Shown: positions 60,949-64,000 of the stretch, one piece after another
Layout: the number at the start of each line of letters is the position of its first letter
Numbering within the stretch: position 1 is the first letter of the stretch
Assembly (NCBI GenBank): GCA_038060895.1
Contig: JBBTCT010000022.1
Span: 32,001-96,000 of the forward strand
DNA: 64,000 nt
From: Planctomycetota bacterium
GTDB lineage: Bacteria; Planctomycetota; MHYJ01; WSZJ01
Direction: 5' to 3'
Notes under the pieces: generated by a model
The model's database searches: none
What the model saw: the letters and a program-made list of their open reading frames with translations, nothing else
Told to the model about the DNA's origin: nothing
Program-made: the position numbers and the translations under genes

Positions 60949-62756
60949 GTGAGCGGGACCTCCTTCTTCAGCGGCAGGATCGCGTCGGACGGGCACATGT
61001 ACACACACTGGCCGCAGTCGATGCACTTCGTATGGTCGATCACCACCTTCCCCGTCGCCCGGTCCTTCACGAGTCCCGGGCACTCGCACATCTTGAGGCA
61101 GTAATCGCACCCGTCGCACAGTCCCGAGTCGATCTCCACGGGCGTCCGGACCTCGGGCGGCTGGTAGAGCGCGCAGGGACGCCGCGCGACGACGACTGCG
61201 ATCCCGCCCTCGGGTTCCTTCGTCCAGGCCCGCGCTTCCTTGAGAATCGCGATTCCGCCCTCGACGTCGTACGGGTCCGTCGTCCGGACCCATTTGACGC
61301 CCACGGCCCGGCAGATGGCCTCGATGCTCGCGCCGGCGTCCGCGGGCGTCGGCTGCGCGCCGGTCATGGCGACGATGCCGTTGTCGGAGACGACGCAGAC
61401 GAAGCGTGCGCGGGCGGCGACGGCGTTGAGAAGGGCGGGGATGCCGCTGTGGAAGAACGTGGAGTCGCCGATGATCGCGACGATCGGGATGTCTTTTCCA
61501 TCGAGCCGGTGCGCGCGCCAGAAACCTGTCGCCATGGTGATCGACGCCCCCATGTCGAGGCAGGTGTCGATCGCGCGCTGGTTGGTGCCGAGCGTGTAGC
61601 AACCGATGTCGCCTGCGAAGATGGCGCCCGGCATCGCCAGCTTGAGCTCGTAGAAAACCGAACGATGCCCGCACCCCGGGCAGAGGCGGGGGGGAAGCGG
61701 CGCCGACGGCGGCGCGGGGGGCGGCGGCCGGCAGCCGAGGAGGCGGGCGACGACCTCGGGGGTCAGCTCCCCGTGCCCGGGCACGTGGCCGGTCAGCCGT
61801 CCCTGGACATCGCGCCGGTCCGGGATCTGCATCTCGATCGCAGCATCCGGCTCCTCGATGACGAGCACGCGGTCGTGGCGCGCGACGAAGCGCGTGACGA
61901 GGCCGAGGGGAAGCGGGTACGGGGTCCCGATGCGGAGGACGGGGATGTCGAGCCCTTCTTCGGCCAGGACGTCGCTCACGGCGGCGGCCACGCAACCGCC
62001 GGCGATGATCCCGAACGGCGTCGGCCGCGGGTCTTCGACATTGAACGGCGACGTCTCGAACTCCGCGCGGATCGCCTCGAGCTTCGCGTTGAGCTCCGCG
62101 TGAAGCGGCAGCCGGAACCGCGGCGTCGCGGCCCAGCGTTCGGGGTCCTTCGAGAATTTCGCCGGCCGCGGCCGCCGGTCGAGCGGCCCGGCATCGATCG
62201 CCTGCCGCGAGTGGCAGACGCGCGTCGTCGGTCGCAGCAGGACCGGGAGCCGGTGCCGCTCCGACAATTCCATTGCCGCCATCGCCATCGCCCGCGCTTC
62301 CCGCGGTGTCGACGGGTCGAACACGGGGGTCTTCGCGAAGATCGCGAAGAGCCGCGTGTCCTGCTCCGTCTGCGACGAGTGCGGCCCGGGGTCGTCGGCT
62401 GCGACCACCACGAAGCCGCCTAGGCATCCGGTGTAGGCCGCCGAGAGCAGCGAGTCGCTCGCGACGTTCAGACCGACCTGCTTCATTGCCACCGCGGTGC
62501 GCTTCCCGCACATCGACGCCGCCAGAGCGACGTCGAACGCGATCTTTTCGTTCACGGACCATTCGGTGGCGACTGCGGCGCCGAGGGCGTCGCGCTGGCG
62601 CACGATCTCCTCGAGGATCTCGGTGCTGGGCGTCCCGGGGTACGCGGTCGCGACCTCGCAGCCGGCCTCGATCAGGCCGCGCGCAATGGCGCCGTTGCCG
62701 AGAAGGACTTCCCGGGCAGGCGCCGAAGTCTGTTTCAGGGACGTGTCGGGGTCCAC
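60945..62756 (-). CDS. iorA: indolepyruvate:ferredoxin oxidoreductase alpha subunit
   Basis: YPGTPSTE, SQTEQD, CPGCGH, GDSTFFHSG, two C-terminal 4Fe-4S motifs. Confidence 0.92.
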   Translation of the reverse strand: MDPDTSLKQTSAPAREVLLGNGAIARGLIEAGCEVATAYPGTPSTEILEEIVRQRDALGAAVATEWSVNEKIAFDVALAASMCGKRTAVAMKQVGLNVASDSLLSAAYTGCLGGFVVVAADDPGPHSSQTEQDTRLFAIFAKTPVFDPSTPREARAMAMAAMELSERHRLPVLLRPTTRVCHSRQAIDAGPLDRRPRPAKFSKDPERWAATPRFRLPLHAELNAKLEAIRAEFETSPFNVEDPRPTPFGIIAGGCVAAAVSDVLAEEGLDIPVLRIGTPYPLPLGLVTRFVARHDRVLVIEEPDAAIEMQIPDRRDVQGRLTGHVPGHGELTPEVVARLLGCRPPPPAPPSAPLPPRLCPGCGHRSVFYELKLAMPGAIFAGDIGCYTLGTNQRAIDTCLDMGASITMATGFWRAHRLDGKDIPIVAIIGDSTFFHSGIPALLNAVAARARFVCVVSDNGIVAMTGAQPTPADAGASIEAICRAVGVKWVRTTDPYDVEGGIAILKEARAWTKEPEGGIAVVVARRPCALYQPPEVRTPVEIDSGLCDGCDYCLKMCECPGLVKDRATGKVVIDHTKCIDCGQCVYMCPSDAILPLKKEVPLT

Positions 62757-62794
62757 GGGCGTGATTTTATCCTCGGGGGAACGGAGGCGATAGG

Positions 62795-62813
62795 TGATTA
62801 ATGTGCTTAATTA
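62795..62813. promoter_or_regulatory. operator palindrome, site 7, upstream of iorA
   Basis: TGATTAA-TGTGC-TTAATTA. Confidence 0.72.
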
Positions 62814-62823
62814 ATGTCTCGTG

Positions 62824-64000
62824 TCACAGGACCGCCTGCGGCGCGACGTCCCGGCCTGGAGTCGAAAGCCGCGCGGGCTCATGCCCCGGCAGGTGTGTTT
62901 CGCCGCGCCCGCCGCGGACTCCGGCGGGAGCTTTTGCGCGCGCCCGGAAAGTGGCAATTCCGAGCGTGGCGAAGAAGAAGACAATGGAGGCGGCGTTGAG
63001 GAGCCCGCCCCACTGGCGGCCGGGCATCCAGGCGGTCGCGTCGGCGACAAGCCGGACGGCGAGAGTTGCGTGGAGGCCGGCGAGAGGGAGGTACAGGAAG
63101 CGGGTCCAGGCGGCAGGGAGACCGGTGACCGCGGGGAGGATGACGGGTGCGTGTGCCATGATCATGCTGAAGACGAAACCCAGGAAAATGGCGTGGTAGG
63201 CGAAATCCCGGCTTAGCGCGTTGCGGGCGAGATCGGGCGCCCAGCCTGTGAGAAAGACGCCCGCGACGGCCAGCCAGGCATATCCGGAGAGAAGGCCGGT
63301 GGCGATGAAGCGCGGGAGGCCGGCGATGCGGACGGTGCGGCGTGCGACGTCGAAGCGCAACAACCAGACGGCGAGGACGGCGAAGACCACGCCGAGGGCG
63401 CGCAGGCCGTGCGGCGGGTCGACCGTCGCCCAGGCGAGTGTTGCGCCCAGCGCGGCGACGGCGGTCACGAATGAGATGGTCGCGAACCGCGTCAAGCGCG
63501 TCATCCGGCTGAGTTCGAGTCTTTCCGCGGCGATCGTCAGCACAAGGAACCCCATCCACCACGGCACGACCTTGCTGATCGGGCTCCCGAAGAACCACAG
63601 CGCGTTGCCGGCGAGCCAGCTGACGGCGCCCAGCGTGATCACGGCGGAATGCAGCACGGGTTGGCGAACCAGCACCACTCCCGTGACCAGCGACAGGATT
63701 GCCGCTTCGGCGACGAAGAACCCGCGGGCCCACCGAGGGTCAAGCGGGCTCACTTCCGGCAGAGTCCCGAAGAGAGCCACGGCGCCGAGGAGCGCGAAGA
63801 CGGGAGTCAGCCAGCCCCACCACCGGCCTAGCGCCACGGCCCGCTCCACGCCGATCACGCCGCCCAGGAATCCGCAGACGACCAGCGCGCCGTGAATTTC
63901 CGGCATCCGCTCCCACGGCACAGGCCATCCCCACCCGATCCGCACCAGCCCGCCCCAGAGCGCCGCCAGCAGCAGGACGACGAAGAGGCCCAGCAGCGGC
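62824..64000 (-). CDS. polytopic membrane protein, NnrS-like (5' end outside the window)
   Basis: HG.L.VCGFLG..I..ERAVAL, LTIAAERLEL, HAIFLGF..SMI.AH; many TM helices. Confidence 0.65.
   Translation of the reverse strand, partial: PLLGLFVVLLLAALWGGLVRIGWGWPVPWERMPEIHGALVVCGFLGGVIGVERAVALGRWWGWLTPVFALLGAVALFGTLPEVSPLDPRWARGFFVAEAAILSLVTGVVLVRQPVLHSAVITLGAVSWLAGNALWFFGSPISKVVPWWMGFLVLTIAAERLELSRMTRLTRFATISFVTAVAALGATLAWATVDPPHGLRALGVVFAVLAVWLLRFDVARRTVRIAGLPRFIATGLLSGYAWLAVAGVFLTGWAPDLARNALSRDFAYHAIFLGFVFSMIMAHAPVILPAVTGLPAAWTRFLYLPLAGLHATLAVRLVADATAWMPGRQWGGLLNAASIVFFFATLGIATFRARAKAPAGVRGGRGETHLPGHEPARLSTPGRDVAPQAVL

Overview
High-GC bacterial window. DUF1800/DUF1501, an ECF-like/Ser-Thr kinase pair and a secreted HEAT protein suggest Planctomycetota (inference). 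It holds four modules. (1) A periplasmic Nitrospira/anammox-type nitrite oxidoreductase operon, divergent from an aa3-type cytochrome c oxidase operon. (2) A qNor paralogue with the substitutions described for putative NO dismutases (Nod). (3) The anaerobic benzoyl-CoA pathway (bcrCBAD, dch, had, oah) plus a cluster resembling anaerobic indolepyruvate/indoleacetate degradation (IorAB, XDH-family molybdoenzyme, hydantoinase pair, B12 mutase, CoA transferase, acyl-CoA dehydrogenase, thiolase). (4) A decayed defence/toxin-antitoxin patch. Two signals are invisible in the ORF track. First, a 19-bp palindrome (TAGTTAA-N5-TTAACTA) recurs at seven promoter regions across the nxr/cox, nod-like and indole-catabolic operons, including upstream of a Cys-tailed MarR gene. 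Second, the last cox-operon gene has two tandem in-frame UGA codons followed by a SECIS-like hairpin, making it a candidate Sec-Sec selenoprotein. All family assignments come from motif recognition by eye; no searches were run.
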